A stretch of 64,000 nucleotides of DNA. Source: Chiloscyllium plagiosum (lineage: Eukaryota). The stretch spans positions 94,906,599 through 94,970,598 of the forward strand of contig NC_057719.1 of the NCBI RefSeq assembly GCF_004010195.1, read 5' to 3'. Both the position numbers and the translations under genes were made by a program. The notes beneath the pieces are model-generated. The model was not told the origin of the DNA and made no database searches. It saw nothing but the letters and a program-made list of their open reading frames with translations. Positions 1 to 11,342 of this stretch are shown here, in pieces (position 1 is the stretch's first letter; each line of letters begins with the position of its first letter).

Positions 1-545
1 TGATGTGAAGGGCAGTGTTTGTCATTGGCCACCCGGGTGTTTTCCTATCTTCCTGGTGGTGGAAATTGAATAAAGATTTGTGCATTTTGTGTCTTTCACT
101 GTGTCTCACACCTGCACACACACACCATGGGTGCTGGGGGAAAAAAATAAGCACTACTGCACTTAGGTGGAAAAAAAAAATAAATAAATAGGGATACGGG
201 CCCGGGTGTCCTTGGAGAAGGAGCACGCGGTGTCGACCAACACCCTGGAGTTGTTCAGGGAGAGGTGGGCGCCGCAGGGAGTGGAGTGCATCATTTCTCC
301 CTCCAACTCTATTTTGATTTAGTCCCTACCCTCCCCCTCACTGTTTTGATCACACAGCACTGCCCTTTGATGTGAAGGGCACTGCTTGTCACAGGCCACG
401 CGGGAGTTTCCTTTCTTCCTGGTGGTGGAAATTGAATAAAGATTTGTAAAAAAATAAAAATAAAAAAACAGGAGATTTTTTTTTCTTGAAAGAAACAAGG
501 TGCACGAATCTTTATTCAAATTTCCACCACCAGGAAGCAAGGAAA
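1..545 (+). mobile_element. Tandem and inverted 3' ends of a probable Tx1-clade non-LTR retrotransposon
   Basis: 194-322 reads IRARVSLEKEHAVSTNTLELFRERWAPQGVECIISPSNSILI*, resembling a Tx1 ORF2 C-terminus (FxxRW). The 3'UTR occurs at 1-85 and 368-447, both copies with downstream A-rich tails, and as an inverted copy at about 500-545. Confidence 0.55.
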
Positions 546-1861
546 AAATATATAACCAGAAGATTAGAATCTTCTCAGTTGAGGCTGGATTCTGACCTAG
601 CTAGCCAGCCAGCCACAGCCAGTGTACTCCCCTTTAATTATTAAAGGGTCACTTGGTGGTGGCACCCAGCCTCTGTGCAGTTTTTATTTCCCATCCACTT
701 TTCCCCACACGTCAATAACCCTGGACTCCCTTAACTGTCAAAAATTTATCTAACTCAACCTGGAATAAAAATAAAGACCAAGCCTTGATTTCCTCCTGAC
801 AAGCACAGTTCCTCAAAATTCTCTGCGGGATATAGAAACAAGATGGATATTTGATATCTTGGGACTGGTGCTCAATTTGGAGGGTTGGGTGTTAAATTGG
901 AAGCAGGAAGGGAATAAAGTAGTCCACTGAGGTCAGCAAAGTCAGAGGACTAGGTTTCCCATCTCTTGGAGCAGGAAAAGCAATCACAACCTTTTCTCCC
1001 TGTCTTCTGGCTACAGCCAGCCAATCTGAGAAGCTGGGTAATTGGTGTTTGGGTAAATAAGCAATGAGAATGAGGTCGTGGTGAGGGAGTGTAATGGCAC
1101 TGGACAAGATTAGGCAGGGTTGGGGAATAGTTGAGGAATTTTGGATGCAGCAAATATTGGGACGTTGGGGTCAGGGGAGTTAAATTTAAATTCATTGTTA
1201 AATATGTGGCACGTAAGCGAGTTGTTGTCTGCCCCTTATCCTAACTTCATTAAACAGGGTAGGTGTGTTGGGACCATTTTAACATTTTATTCAACTCAAA
1301 GCTGTCTATTTTTTCTGGATTAAAAGGTCTGTCTGGTCTCTGTTACCTTTCAATTAGAATTACAGATTAAATATTTGCAACAGGCAGCAGTCTTGGGTTG
1401 AATATTGTTTGAGCCCAGAGCTGATATTGGCTCAGTTTAGAACCAGGAATAGCAGGGTTCCATAGAAATCAGATATGATCACTAATTTCTCCTATAAGAA
1501 TTCATTTCAAAAAATTTCCTTAAATAGGCAATAATTTCAACTGAGAACACATCTTTCGCCAAGTGTGCTATCAAACCAACCCTGTGACTCAACCAAAGAA
1601 CAAGCACTTATTGTTTGTAGTTGCTGTGGTTGTATTGACCATGATCACAGTGATCAAGATAATTATACACCAGGCAGTTCAGGGAACTTAAAACTCTTAT
1701 GTGTAATTGACAATGGGGTCATTGTCAATCTCAGAATCTACACCAACAGATAAACAGTGAAACAGAGCATTGGTCAACTTTTCAGGATCAAATTAGAAAA
1801 TAATTCATTCGGAAAAAGGATGCTGGTTGGCTACATTGTGTCAAATTCTATTTTCACTTAC

Positions 1862-1992
1862 TTGTATTAAGGAGTATTAAGGTTTTCATGCACAAAAATT
1901 CCTCTTGGGTCACTTGAAGATGAATGAATTCTTGTGAGATTTGTCGCATTGCTATACACAGATCATACATTGCAGACTTTTGCATTCGCTGC
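1862..1992 (-). CDS. pgr: Progesterone receptor LBD exon (equivalent to human PGR exon 6)
   Basis: ttttcag|GCAGCGAATG...AATACAA|gtaagt, 131 bp. Translates (E)[43 protein letters not shown]. Size is the conserved 131 bp of NR3C exon 6 and it is in frame with the 145-bp exon. Confidence 0.92.
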
Positions 1993-2467
1993 CTGAAAAA
2001 GATAATCATCAAAGTATATGACAAGCATAAAAAGTACACAATGTTCCCAACTCCAGTCATTTTCAAGTGTGAATTATCTAACAGAAAAGTAAATCCTATC
2101 CTTTAATCACTACATTCTTGGATACTTAGTGCTCCAGTTGCGATGGTGTCAAGACCTCTAATGCTGATAGCATAGGGGTTATATCTTGATTCCAGGGACT
2201 GCAAATGATCAAGACAGTGGCTCAACACTGCAGTCGTGAGGGCAACTATGGAGGGGCAATATATACTGGCTTCGCCATCAATGGCCACATTGTAGGAATA
2301 AATCAAAATAAAAAGAAATACTTCATTCCATCTGAAAACATATCTGTGGCCAAATGTTTTGAATGGATCTTTGTTTGGCCCAACATTAAATTTATACTTT
2401 CCACATAGAGACACAAAAGAATGAGAACCAAGACTTCAGGACTTTTGATGTACATAGGGATGTTACT

Positions 2468-2604
2468 AGGAGAACGTGAGGATTACAGATACTGGAGATC
2501 AGAGTCCAGAGTGTGGTGCTGGAAAAGCACAGCAGGTCAGGCAGCATCCGAGGAGTAGGAAAATCGACGTTTCGGGCATAAGCCCTTCATCAGGATTCAT
2601 CTCG
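2468..2604 (-). mobile_element. Short Penelope-like-element-derived insert (family A) with hammerhead-like motif
   Basis: Family sequence gtggtgctggaaaagcacagcaggtcaggcagcatc recurs across the window. Flanked by a 14-bp direct repeat ATAGGGATGTTACT (2454-2467, 2605-2618). Confidence 0.7.
2562..2597 (-). ncRNA. Minimal type-I hammerhead-ribozyme-like motif
   Basis: Minus strand AAUC-CUGAUGA-A-GGGC-UUAU-GCCC-GAAACGUC-GAUU: stem I AAUC/GAUU, stem II GGGC/GCCC, palindromic ACGU stem III, GUC cleavage triplet. There is one extra A after A9. Confidence 0.65.
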
Positions 2605-3141
2605 ATAGGGATGTTACTGGAATGTAACCAATACATAGAGAATTCATACAGAATACTTGTAAACATTCTACTTTTCACTTATCCAAAACTAATGCACGTA
2701 TTGAATACTGAAGGATTATCTCAAGTTAAATGGAAACAGCTGCAGTCTGGTGACTATTCTGCAGAAGATGTTCTTTATATATCCACTTCTCAGAAACAAA
2801 TTGAACTTGCATTGCAATAATGTTATGGTGCTGCAACACATTGTGCATCTTGCAATGGAGATGCCCTAATGTCAACTAACAGGTTATCCAGTGACATCAG
2901 CTTAAAGGCTTAAACCTATGTTTTACAGAGTAAAGAACATGCTGGAGAAAGATACTATCAGCTCCCCTATAGGTGACAGCTTTGGAGATCTTGTTGCAGG
3001 AATGTAAAGCTTTATCAAGCAGGTGTCATTCCCCAGTGAACAACATGATCGGAAGAAAGTGGCTGAAAGAGTGAATGCCATCTCATCTGTACAAGCCTCT
3101 GGATTAAGTAAAAATGAAAACTCTGAGCATTGATTAAATGT

Positions 3142-3364
3142 CATGATTCAGAGATGCCGGTGTTGGACTGGGGTGTACAAAGTTAAAAATCACACAACAC
3201 CAGGTTATAGTCCAACAGGTTTAAGTGGAAGCACTAGCTTTCGGAGCGACGCTGCTTCATCAGGTGATTGTCAGTCACCTGATGAAGGAGCGTCGCTCCG
3301 AAAGCTAGTGCTTCCACTTAAACCTGTTGGACTATAACCTGGTGTTGTGTGATTTTTAACTTTG
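3142..3364. mobile_element. Palindromic Penelope-derived insert (family B)
   Basis: 90-bp inverted arms 3178-3267 and 3275-3364 with 1 mismatch and a 7-nt spacer. Flanked by a 12-bp direct repeat TTGATTAAATGT (3130-3141, 3362-3373). Confidence 0.75.
3276..3310 (+). ncRNA. Minimal hammerhead-like motif (family B); mirror copy on the minus strand at 3232-3266
   Basis: CAC-CUGAUGA-A-GGAGC-GUC-GCUCC-GAAAGCUA-GUG: stem I CAC/GUG, stem II GGAGC/GCUCC, palindromic AGCU stem III. Confidence 0.55.
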
Positions 3365-3389
3365 ATTAAATGTGATCAACTTCAAAAGT

Positions 3390-4573
3390 ATACTATTTTG
3401 GATACTATTGTAGGGGACAGCCTCCCAGGGAACATAGCAGCAGCAGCAGCAGCCAGGTCTGTGGCACCACAAACTGTCTGTGCTGTGATGCAGGGTATTG
3501 CAAAGATCAAGTAAGCAATTGTGATAGGGGATTGTCTGGTCAGGGTTCAGGCAGGCCGTTTCTGTGGCTACAAACAAGATTCCAGGATGGTGTGTTGCTC
3601 CCTGGTTTCAGGGTCAAGGATATCGCACAGCAGTTGCTACAAATTCTCAAGGGGAAGTGTGAGCAGCCACAGGTCATTGTACACACTGGTACCAACCACA
3701 GGTCATTGTACACACTGGTACCAACCACAGGTAGAAAATGGGATGAAGTCCTGCAGAGTGAACTCCTGTTGCCATGTGCTAGTGAGAGTAGGAACAGGAC
3801 AATAGGATGAATATCTGGCTGGGAAACTGGTGTAGGGGACATAGATTCAGAGTTTGGATCGTTGATATCTCTTTTGGGGCAAAGGTGACCTGTACAAGAA
3901 GGACGGGTTGCACCTGAACTGGAGGGGGCACCAATATCTTGGTGGAGCTACCTGGGAGGGTGTAAAGTGGTCTGGCAGGAAGGGTGGCACCCAAACAGCC
4001 ATACAACTATAGAAAGGTTTGAGTCTGGCACGGATGTTAGGCAGCAAGTTAAATAGATAAGAAAGGCAAGAGCATGGCAGGGAGTGAGGGAAGACTGCAT
4101 TTATTTCATATGATTATAAGGCAGATGAACTCAGGGCATGGATATATCTATTGGACTGGGATCTCATAGCAATTACAGAAACATAGGTGAGGGAGGAACA
4201 GGACTGGCAGCTCAATGTTCCAGCTTATAGATGCTAGACAAAGGATGGAAAAGGAGGGAGAGTGGTGTTTTTGATTAGGGAGAATATCATGACAGTCCTC
4301 AGAGAGAATGTTCTTCAGGGATTGTCCAATGAAGTTTTATAGGTGAAACTAAGGAATAAGAAGGGGGTGATCACTTTGATGGGATTGTACGATAGGTCCC
4401 TGAATACACAGTGGGAAATTGAACAGGAAATATGAAGGAAGATATCTGCAAAATATGTAGACAGTTGTAAGAATATTAAGGTTGTAACAGTAAGGCATGT
4501 TAACTTTCCAATCATAGACTGAGTGTGCCACAGCATTAAAAGCTTGGATGAGGACTAATTTGTTAAGTGCATT
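3390..4573 (+). mobile_element. CR1 LINE, 5' part (degraded ORF1 esterase + start of ORF2 endonuclease)
   Basis: VIGDCLVR, VIVHTGTN and LYKKDGLHLN (SGNH esterase-like ORF1), then AITET and QDWQLNVP endonuclease motifs. Ends at FVKCI, where an LTR starts. Confidence 0.8.
3667..3732. repeat. 29-bp perfect tandem duplication (about 2.3 copies) inside CR1 ORF1
   Basis: CCACAGGTCATTGTACACACTGGTACCAA at 3667-3695 and 3696-3724, plus CCACAGGT. Confidence 0.9.
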
Positions 4574-4990
4574 TGCTATAAACCAGAACAAATCCCCTGA
4601 AAATGTATCAAGGAGATAGCCTAAACCTTAACTTGTTCTTAAGTTAAAGGCCAGTGCTAGGCATTGCATTCCAGATGCAATTGGATTGGTCAAACTATTA
4701 GGCTTGAAGCAAAACACACTTTATTCATAAACTATAGTTAAAATACAATAAAAGAAATAAGTATTGGAATAACTTAACTCCACTGGAAAACTTAACAGAA
4801 TAAAAGGTTATTTAACTACTAAACAGCAACTGTTCCTAAATAGTAACATTTCATAAACATACCCTTGACAAAGGCAAATTCAGCAAATCCGACTGTCTCA
4901 TGTGCAATTTGAGCAGCAGGAAGAGAACCCCAGCTTTTAGCTGTAACAAAGACAGGATTAAGAGCTTCCATACCCAGCTTCAAGACGCTA
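4574..4990 (-). repeat. 3' LTR of the Gmr1-like element (truncated by CR1)
   Basis: Aligns colinearly with 15445-15840, e.g. gatgcaatt-gattggtcaa, tgaagcaaaaca, tgtctcatgtg and caggaagagaaccccagctttta. Confidence 0.75.
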
Positions 4991-4992
4991 GT

Positions 4993-6444
4993 TTGGAAAG
5001 AATTTTGAGGGATAGGATTTATAACTATTTGGAAAAGCATAGTGTGATTAAAGGCAGTCAGCATGGCTTTGTGAGGGGCAAGTCATGCCTCACAAATCTT
5101 ACTGAGTTCTTTGGGGAGGTGTCAAGACAGGTCGACGACGGTCGAGCAGTGGATGTGGTATATCTGGACTTCAGCAAGGCATTTGATAAGGTTCCCCATG
5201 GTAGGTTTATTCATAAAGTCAGGAAGTATGGGATACAAGGAGATTTGGCTATCTGGATTCAGAACTGGCTGGCTGATAGAAGGCAGAGAACTGTTGTCGA
5301 TGGAAAGTATTCTGTCCTGGAGGACAGTGTTGAGTGGGGTCCCGCAGGGCTCTGTTCTTGGGCCTCTGCTCTTTGTAGTTTTTATAAATGACTTGGATGA
5401 GGAGGTTGAGGGGTGGGTTAGAAAATTTGCAGATGACACAGAGGTTGAAAGTGTCATCGATAGGAAAGAGGGCTACTGCAGGCTGCAGTGCGACATAGAC
5501 AGGATGCAGAGCTGGGCTGAGAAATGGCAGATGGAGTTCAACCTGATAAATGCGAAGTGATGCATTTTGGAAGGCCGAACTCGAATGCTGAATCTGGGAT
5601 TAAAGACAGGATTCTTGGCAGTGTGGAGGAACAGAGGGATCTGGGTGTGCAAGTACATAGATCCCTCAAAGTTGCCACCCAAGTGGATAGGATTGTTAAG
5701 AAAGCATATGGTGTCTTGGCTTTCAATAACAGAGGGATTGAGTTTAAGAGCTGCAAGGTTTTGCTGCAGCTCTATAAGTCCCTGGTGAGACGACATTTAG
5801 AATATTGTGTCCAGTTCTGGTCGCCTTACTATAGGAAAGATACAGAGGCTTTGGAGAGCGTGCATAGAAGGTTTACCAAGATGCTGCCTGGACTGGAGGG
5901 CTTGCTTTATGAAGAAAGGTTGAATAAGCTTAGACATTTGTTTCTGGAGAGAAGAAGGAAGAGAGGAGACCTGATTGAGGTGTGCAAAATAATGAGAGGA
6001 ATAGATAGAGTCAATAGCCAGAGACTTTTCTTCAGGGCAGCATTGACTGGTATGAGAAGCCATAGTTTGAAGATAGGTAAAGACAATGACTGCAGATGCT
6101 GAAAACCAGATTCTGGAGTAGAGTGGTGCTGGAAAAGCACAGCAGTTCAGGCAGCATCTGAGAAGCAGTAGTTTGAAGATATTAGGAGGAAGGTATAGAG
6201 GAGATGTCAGAGGTAGATTCTTTATGCAGAGAGTTGTGAATGCATGGAATGCGTTGCCAGCTGTGGTGGTGGAAGCGAAGTCATTGGGGACATTTAAGTG
6301 ACTGCTGGACATGCACATGGATAGCAGTGAGTTGAGGGAGGCATAGGTTAAGTTACTATATTTTACATTAGGATTAAATCTCGGCATAACATCGTGGGCC
6401 GAAGGGCTTGTTCTGTGCTGTACTTTTCTATGTTCTATGTTCTA
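4993..6444 (+). mobile_element. 5'-truncated CR1 LINE (RT C-terminal half + 3' tail)
   Basis: SQHGFVRGKSCLTNL, VDVVYLDFSKAFDKVPH, SGVPQGSVLGPLLF, KFADDT and YCVQFWSP motifs with frameshifts; (TTCTATG)n tail. Confidence 0.9.
6076..6168 (-). mobile_element. Family A Penelope-derived fragment nested in CR1
   Basis: Family A sequence flanked by a 13-bp direct repeat TAGTTTGAAGATA (6063-6075, 6169-6181). Confidence 0.7.
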
Positions 6445-8440
6445 TTTCTTTCCATCTGGCGTTTTTATCAAATAATTCACCTCACTCAATCTCCTTTCAA
6501 CTACATAAGGCCCAGTAAATCTTACCTTTAAAATTTCATCTATTGCTGGTAGTAATGCTAATACTTTATCATCACTAACAAAATTACAATTTTTTGATTT
6601 TTTTGTTTGCTTCCTTTTCATCACACACTATTCTACATTTAATGTTGTCTAGCCAACTCACCCGCTTTATTTGACTTCTCCCTAAAATTTGACATATAGT
6701 CCAAATATGTGGCCTCCGAACTCTGACTCACCAATTAAGTGCTTCTTTACCTCATTGCCAAAATCTAATTGAAATACACTGAATTCATTAGGTACATTCC
6801 TAATTGCAAAAAGTACAAATGGAATTCCTTTATCTCAATCCTTTGGGTAGCCTTATATAAGCCCTCAACATGGTCTTTAAAGTTTGAGGACACCACTCTA
6901 ATACTGCCTGCAATTGTGGATGGGTACACAGTGGATTTGCATTATTTTATTTCTAAGCTATCCAAAACCCCTTTGAATAATTTTGATGTAAAATTTGATT
7001 ATTGATCTGATTGTATTTCTGTAGGTAGTTTAATAAAATATTGAAGTAGCTCTTCTCTAATCATTTTAGCCATGATACTGCACAATGGATTGGCCTCTGG
7101 AAATCTAGTGGACACATCTATTATTGTCAACAAATACTGATTTTCACATTTTGTTCTAGGTAGGCGCCTAAGCAATCAAATAAAACCCTTGCAAAGGTTC
7201 CTCAAATTGAGAATGGGTCTTAAAGTTGCTTGTTTGATTACTGCCTGAGATTTCCCCTTTCTATACCTTACTGGTAATACACCTTGATGAACTTCTGCCC
7301 ATCTCCTCTGCCTGAATAAGTAGTGGTCTCCATTTGCTAATGAAGACTTCATTTTTAAGATAGCAATATTCTGGGATACAATCAGATGCTTCATCTGTGC
7401 CCGCTTTTTGATACGGCTGCTTTAGTTTTTCATCTTTCTGTGTAATTTAGCTAATTTCTCTGAGCTAAAAATATTCACTTTTTCCTCCACTTGCTCTTGC
7501 TTTTTTTTCAACCATTTATTCAAATATAGTTTTTTTTATAATTGAACTTAAACATCCTTATCTTTATTCTTTGATTTCTCCACCTGTTTTCACCTGTGGC
7601 TTTGGAACCTTGAAATCCCAGAATTTACTTCCTGTAATAATTGCCCGATTTCAACCACAGTAGGCATCACTCCCACTTGTGAACTGGCTATATCATTATC
7701 AAGGATAAGCTGCATCCCTGGACAGAAAATTTCTCTATTCTACCACCACTTCATCACTTTTCCCTGGACTCTCCAACCTCATTTTATACAAGGAAACACT
7801 ACTCTTCACACCATGAATTCCACATATTACCAATTTTTCTGGCAATACTCCTTCTTAATAGCATATCTCCTTATCTCTCACCATCGAAGATTGACTTGCT
7901 CCTATATCTCTTAAAATCTTATGTTCTTCACCTACTCCTTCTGGCATACATGATTAAATCTTACCCATGCAGGTAAAATTCTTTAAAAAGATCTGGCAGT
8001 TTTTTTTCCCAACCAACCCTGATCAGTTGTATATTCTTTTGCAGCTTATTATGTGCCTTCTATTACCACTCCAACAAAACTCACTGGCTTACCCTATTTT
8101 CCCATATCCATCTTCCCACTGCTTTTTCTAACCCACCAACACTGCGACTTCATGTGGCCTACTTTATTGCAGTGAAAACACCTGAGCCTTTTCAATTCTC
8201 TTTCCCCTTCTCATTACCCTGTGGTAAACTATCCTTATGATCTTCAATGAGATCTCCTGTTCCCTTACCACTTGAGGATTTCTCTTTTCCCCTCACAGAT
8301 TGAAATTGATATGGGAAGCCAATTTTTAATTTATGAACCAATTCTTAATCATCAGCCATTTCAGCTGCTAATTTTGCCATTTTAACTCTCTGCTCTTCTA
8401 CATGAGGTCTTACTACTACAGGAAATGAATTGTCGACCTC
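6445..8440 (-). pseudogene. Gmr1-like gag C-terminus, protease and integrase remnants
   Basis: CFHCNKVGHMKSQC zinc knuckle (8139-8180); ILRDIGASQ protease site (about 7890-7917); PRTKCENQYLLTIIDVSTRFPEA integrase core (about 7090-7165); RFTGPYVVERRLSEVNYLIKTPD GPY/F motif (6450-6520). Many stops and frameshifts. Confidence 0.8.
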
Positions 8441-8859
8441 TGTGGGATATAGGTAAAGTAGTGTTACTTCTGCATTTATAATTACTTATGCAAGGTAAAT
8501 GAACTCACATCAGTGTGTAATTGTTTCAACTAAGAGCTGAGTCAACAAGAATGCAAACTATGTGGAGGAAATACATAATTGATTATGTATTAGCTAAAAT
8601 TGTATGCAAGAATGAAACGTGACAGCAAAACAATGGTAGATGTTACAGACAAATAGATAAGGTGCTGTGAGGNNNNNNNNNNNNNNNNNNNNNNNNNNNN
8701 NNNNNNNNNNNNNNNNNNNNNNNNNNNNNNNNNNNNNNNNNNNNNNNNNNNNNNNNNNNNNNNNNNNNNNNNNNNNNNNNNNNNNNNNNNNNNNNCACTA
8801 CTGATTCAGATCTTGTCTCGGACTGAAATTATTGAAGTGAGTGAGCTTTGCTTCTCACA
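8441..8859 (+). repeat. ERV 5' LTR (contains an assembly gap)
   Basis: Both sequenced flanks of the N-run match the ends of 13605-14333. Confidence 0.9.
8673..8795. other. Assembly gap (123 N)
   Basis: Run of N. Confidence 1.
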
Positions 8860-8860
8860 A

Positions 8861-8878
8861 TTGGGCCTCGTCCAGGAT
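8861..8878 (+). promoter_or_regulatory. ERV primer-binding site, tRNA-Pro type
   Basis: TTGGGCCTCGTCCAGGAT matches TGGGGGCTCGTCCGGGAT at 15/18 positions, directly after the 5' LTR. Confidence 0.8.
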
Positions 8879-9150
8879 GTTTTTCCATCGCCGGGGGGAG
8901 TGTCTGGCCTTGGACACTGGGAAGACGCGTCCCGTTCCCAATTGAGGAGCGATCTCGTGTCCCGGTTTGGTCTGCTCCCTTGGGAGACTGGTACGAATCC
9001 CACAAGAGAGACATCTGAATCAGACAGTGAAAGGAGGTCGATAGTAAATACGGCAAAAAGGGGCCAGGCAACTCTGTGCACAGACCAGGGTAAGAAAATG
9101 GCCGGGATTGAGTTTTATTAGTTAATAAGGGACTAACGAAGGAACACAAT

Positions 9151-10738
9151 ATGGGCTGTGCTGTGGGTAAGGAAAAAGCCTCTGGGAGAACAAAAGAAGA
9201 GAAAGGCAATGGAAATGGAGGCGGGCTCCCTTACAACACACCTCCAGAAAGTCTGTTGGGCAGGATGTTGTGGAATTGGAAAAATAATACTTGTACAAGG
9301 GAAAAAGATGATTAAATATTGTTGCTTTGTATGGACTAAGGAATCCATTCTTTGTCCCGCCGTCTTCTGGCCAAAGTACGGGTCGGACAAAGACTGGGTT
9401 TGTAAATATTTGAATTTATATGTCAATGCAAAACAGCCTTACAGTCAGGAGGAATCAGATTATGCTTCAAGTCGGAAGGACTAGTAGCTGAAGGGCTACT
9501 GAGGGTACACTTTGTAACTAAATCATGGCCAGACATCCAGCAAAATATTCAAAAGATAGAGGGCTGAAGCGAGGAGCACCCAGAGGTGTTGTTGCAGGAA
9601 GCTCAGAAAGTGCCTGTGAGATATGGTGTGTGAGAGAGAGAGAATGAAAAGAGCTGTACAGCTGGTAGAAAGTTTAACCCTTTGTGATTTGGTTTGAATG
9701 AACATTTGTTTGTTGGTGATTGAACGTTTGCGCTTTATTCCCTGGAGCTTGAGTTCCAGGACTGTTTTGAATCTGATTTTTATTATGGAAACTTAACATG
9801 ATTTCTTTTAAGGTTAAGGATTCTATAGTGATTATGAAAAAAAAACCTTCTGTTCTCTTTACAGGTCATGACTGCCTTACTATCAGTTTATAACTAATCT
9901 CTTTTATCCTTACATAAAAGCGATTTATGGAGGACAGTTGAAGTTTCAGTTCAACATTAGATTGTAGTAAAAACAAAATCCTATGGTTAATATTTGTGAC
10001 CTTGGATTCGGCCATTGTTCATGCATTAGAAGTTTTTTTTTAACTTGAATAGACAAATCCTTTTAAGGCAGCTCCGCTTATCTCACAACCTATAGCATTG
10101 TAATTGAGCAATGGTTGGTCAGGGCTACTTAAGAAAACTAATTTTGGATTTAAATTAAGGGACTAAAACTGGGTAATTATAGCAGATTTCAAAGTTGGGA
10201 ACTGTATGCATTTTACATTTTAAATATTGAATACTGAATAAATGAATGTAAATATATAAATATATTTACAAGTTAGGAACAGGCTTCAAAGTTAGTCAAG
10301 CATAAATTGATGAATTGGTATTTGAAGTAATGGGGAGCAAGAAATATTGCAATATTTCTTAAAAAAAATTCTCAAGGTCTAAACAAAACATTGGGTGATG
10401 AAGAACAGCCATGGGGTGGCCCTAAGGCTGTTCAGTTGGTTAAATCAGGGCAGCAATTGAACTGGCAACGTAGAGAAGTGGAAATAAAAGGCAAAAATAA
10501 TGATAAACCACGGTTGATGAGATAATAAAGAAAAGGGACAAAACTAAAAGGAGAAAGAAACCGGAATGGTCAGGGAGGAGATGTGAAGGGGTCTGGGAGA
10601 CAGGAACAAGGATCCAAGTGGAAATCCCCACAGGCGGGATGTCATTACTGTAGAAAGACGGGTCACTTTAAGAGAGAGTGTCCTGATCCGAAAAAGGAAG
10701 TAAAGACAGTACCGTTTATGAACCTTGATGAAAAATAG
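9151..10738 (+). pseudogene. gag: ERV gag remnants (MA, CA C-terminus, NC) ending in an amber stop
   Basis: MGCAVGKE (N-terminal MG); KYCCFVW..FWPKYGSD (MA); HFVTKSWPDI..LLQEAQKV (CA); CHYCRKTGHFKREC knuckle at 10640-10681; TAG at 10736-10738. Confidence 0.8.
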
Positions 10739-10890
10739 AGGTGTCAGAAGTTCCTGCCCCCGGGGACCCACCAGGAACCCTTGATAAATTTAAAGGTGGG
10801 ACTTTATAAAGAGGACGTAGTTTTCCTAGCCGATACAGGGGCAGCAAGGTCATCCTTAAAATTTAAGCCCAAGACAGGGGTTAATTGGAT
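10739..10890 (+). pseudogene. pro: ERV protease N-terminal part, in frame with gag after the TAG
   Basis: RCQKFLPPGTHQEPLINLKVGLYKEDVVFLADTGAARSS, with DTG at 10832-10840. Confidence 0.85.
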
Positions 10891-11342
10891 TATGGTGACA
10901 GTTTTGTGATGAGAGGCATGAAGAATCAGTTTTGTGCTCATGACAAAATACTGCCACCAAATTGGGACTGAAGTAACTGCAAATGGTGCTATGAAATCTG
11001 TAGAGGTTCTTAAAAATGAATGTGCTCGAGCAAAACAATTACAGAAACAGAATGAGAAAGCACAAGTGACTGGTAAACAAATAGAACTGCGCAATTACAG
11101 TTTTAAAAATGTTTTGGTCATTTGTTGCATTTCCACCCTGAATTACAGATAATGATTTTTATATTTATATAATATATAATTAATAATTAATATTTACAAT
11201 AAATCGATTGTGCTAGCCTGAATCAATATTAATTGGCAGGATCCCTTCACGCAGTCTCGGTGACCTGTCATATTGATTCCTGGTTAATTTAAAACATGAC
11301 TGCATTAATTCATTGTTAATTAAAGAATGGAAAGCTACATTA

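Noticed and set aside
1854..2066. 70-aa ORF as a small protein
   Set aside because: It is the 131-bp pgr exon plus intron sequence.
3667..3732. CRISPR-like 29-bp direct repeats
   Set aside because: There are no spacers, the context is eukaryotic, and it is a simple duplication inside CR1 ORF1.
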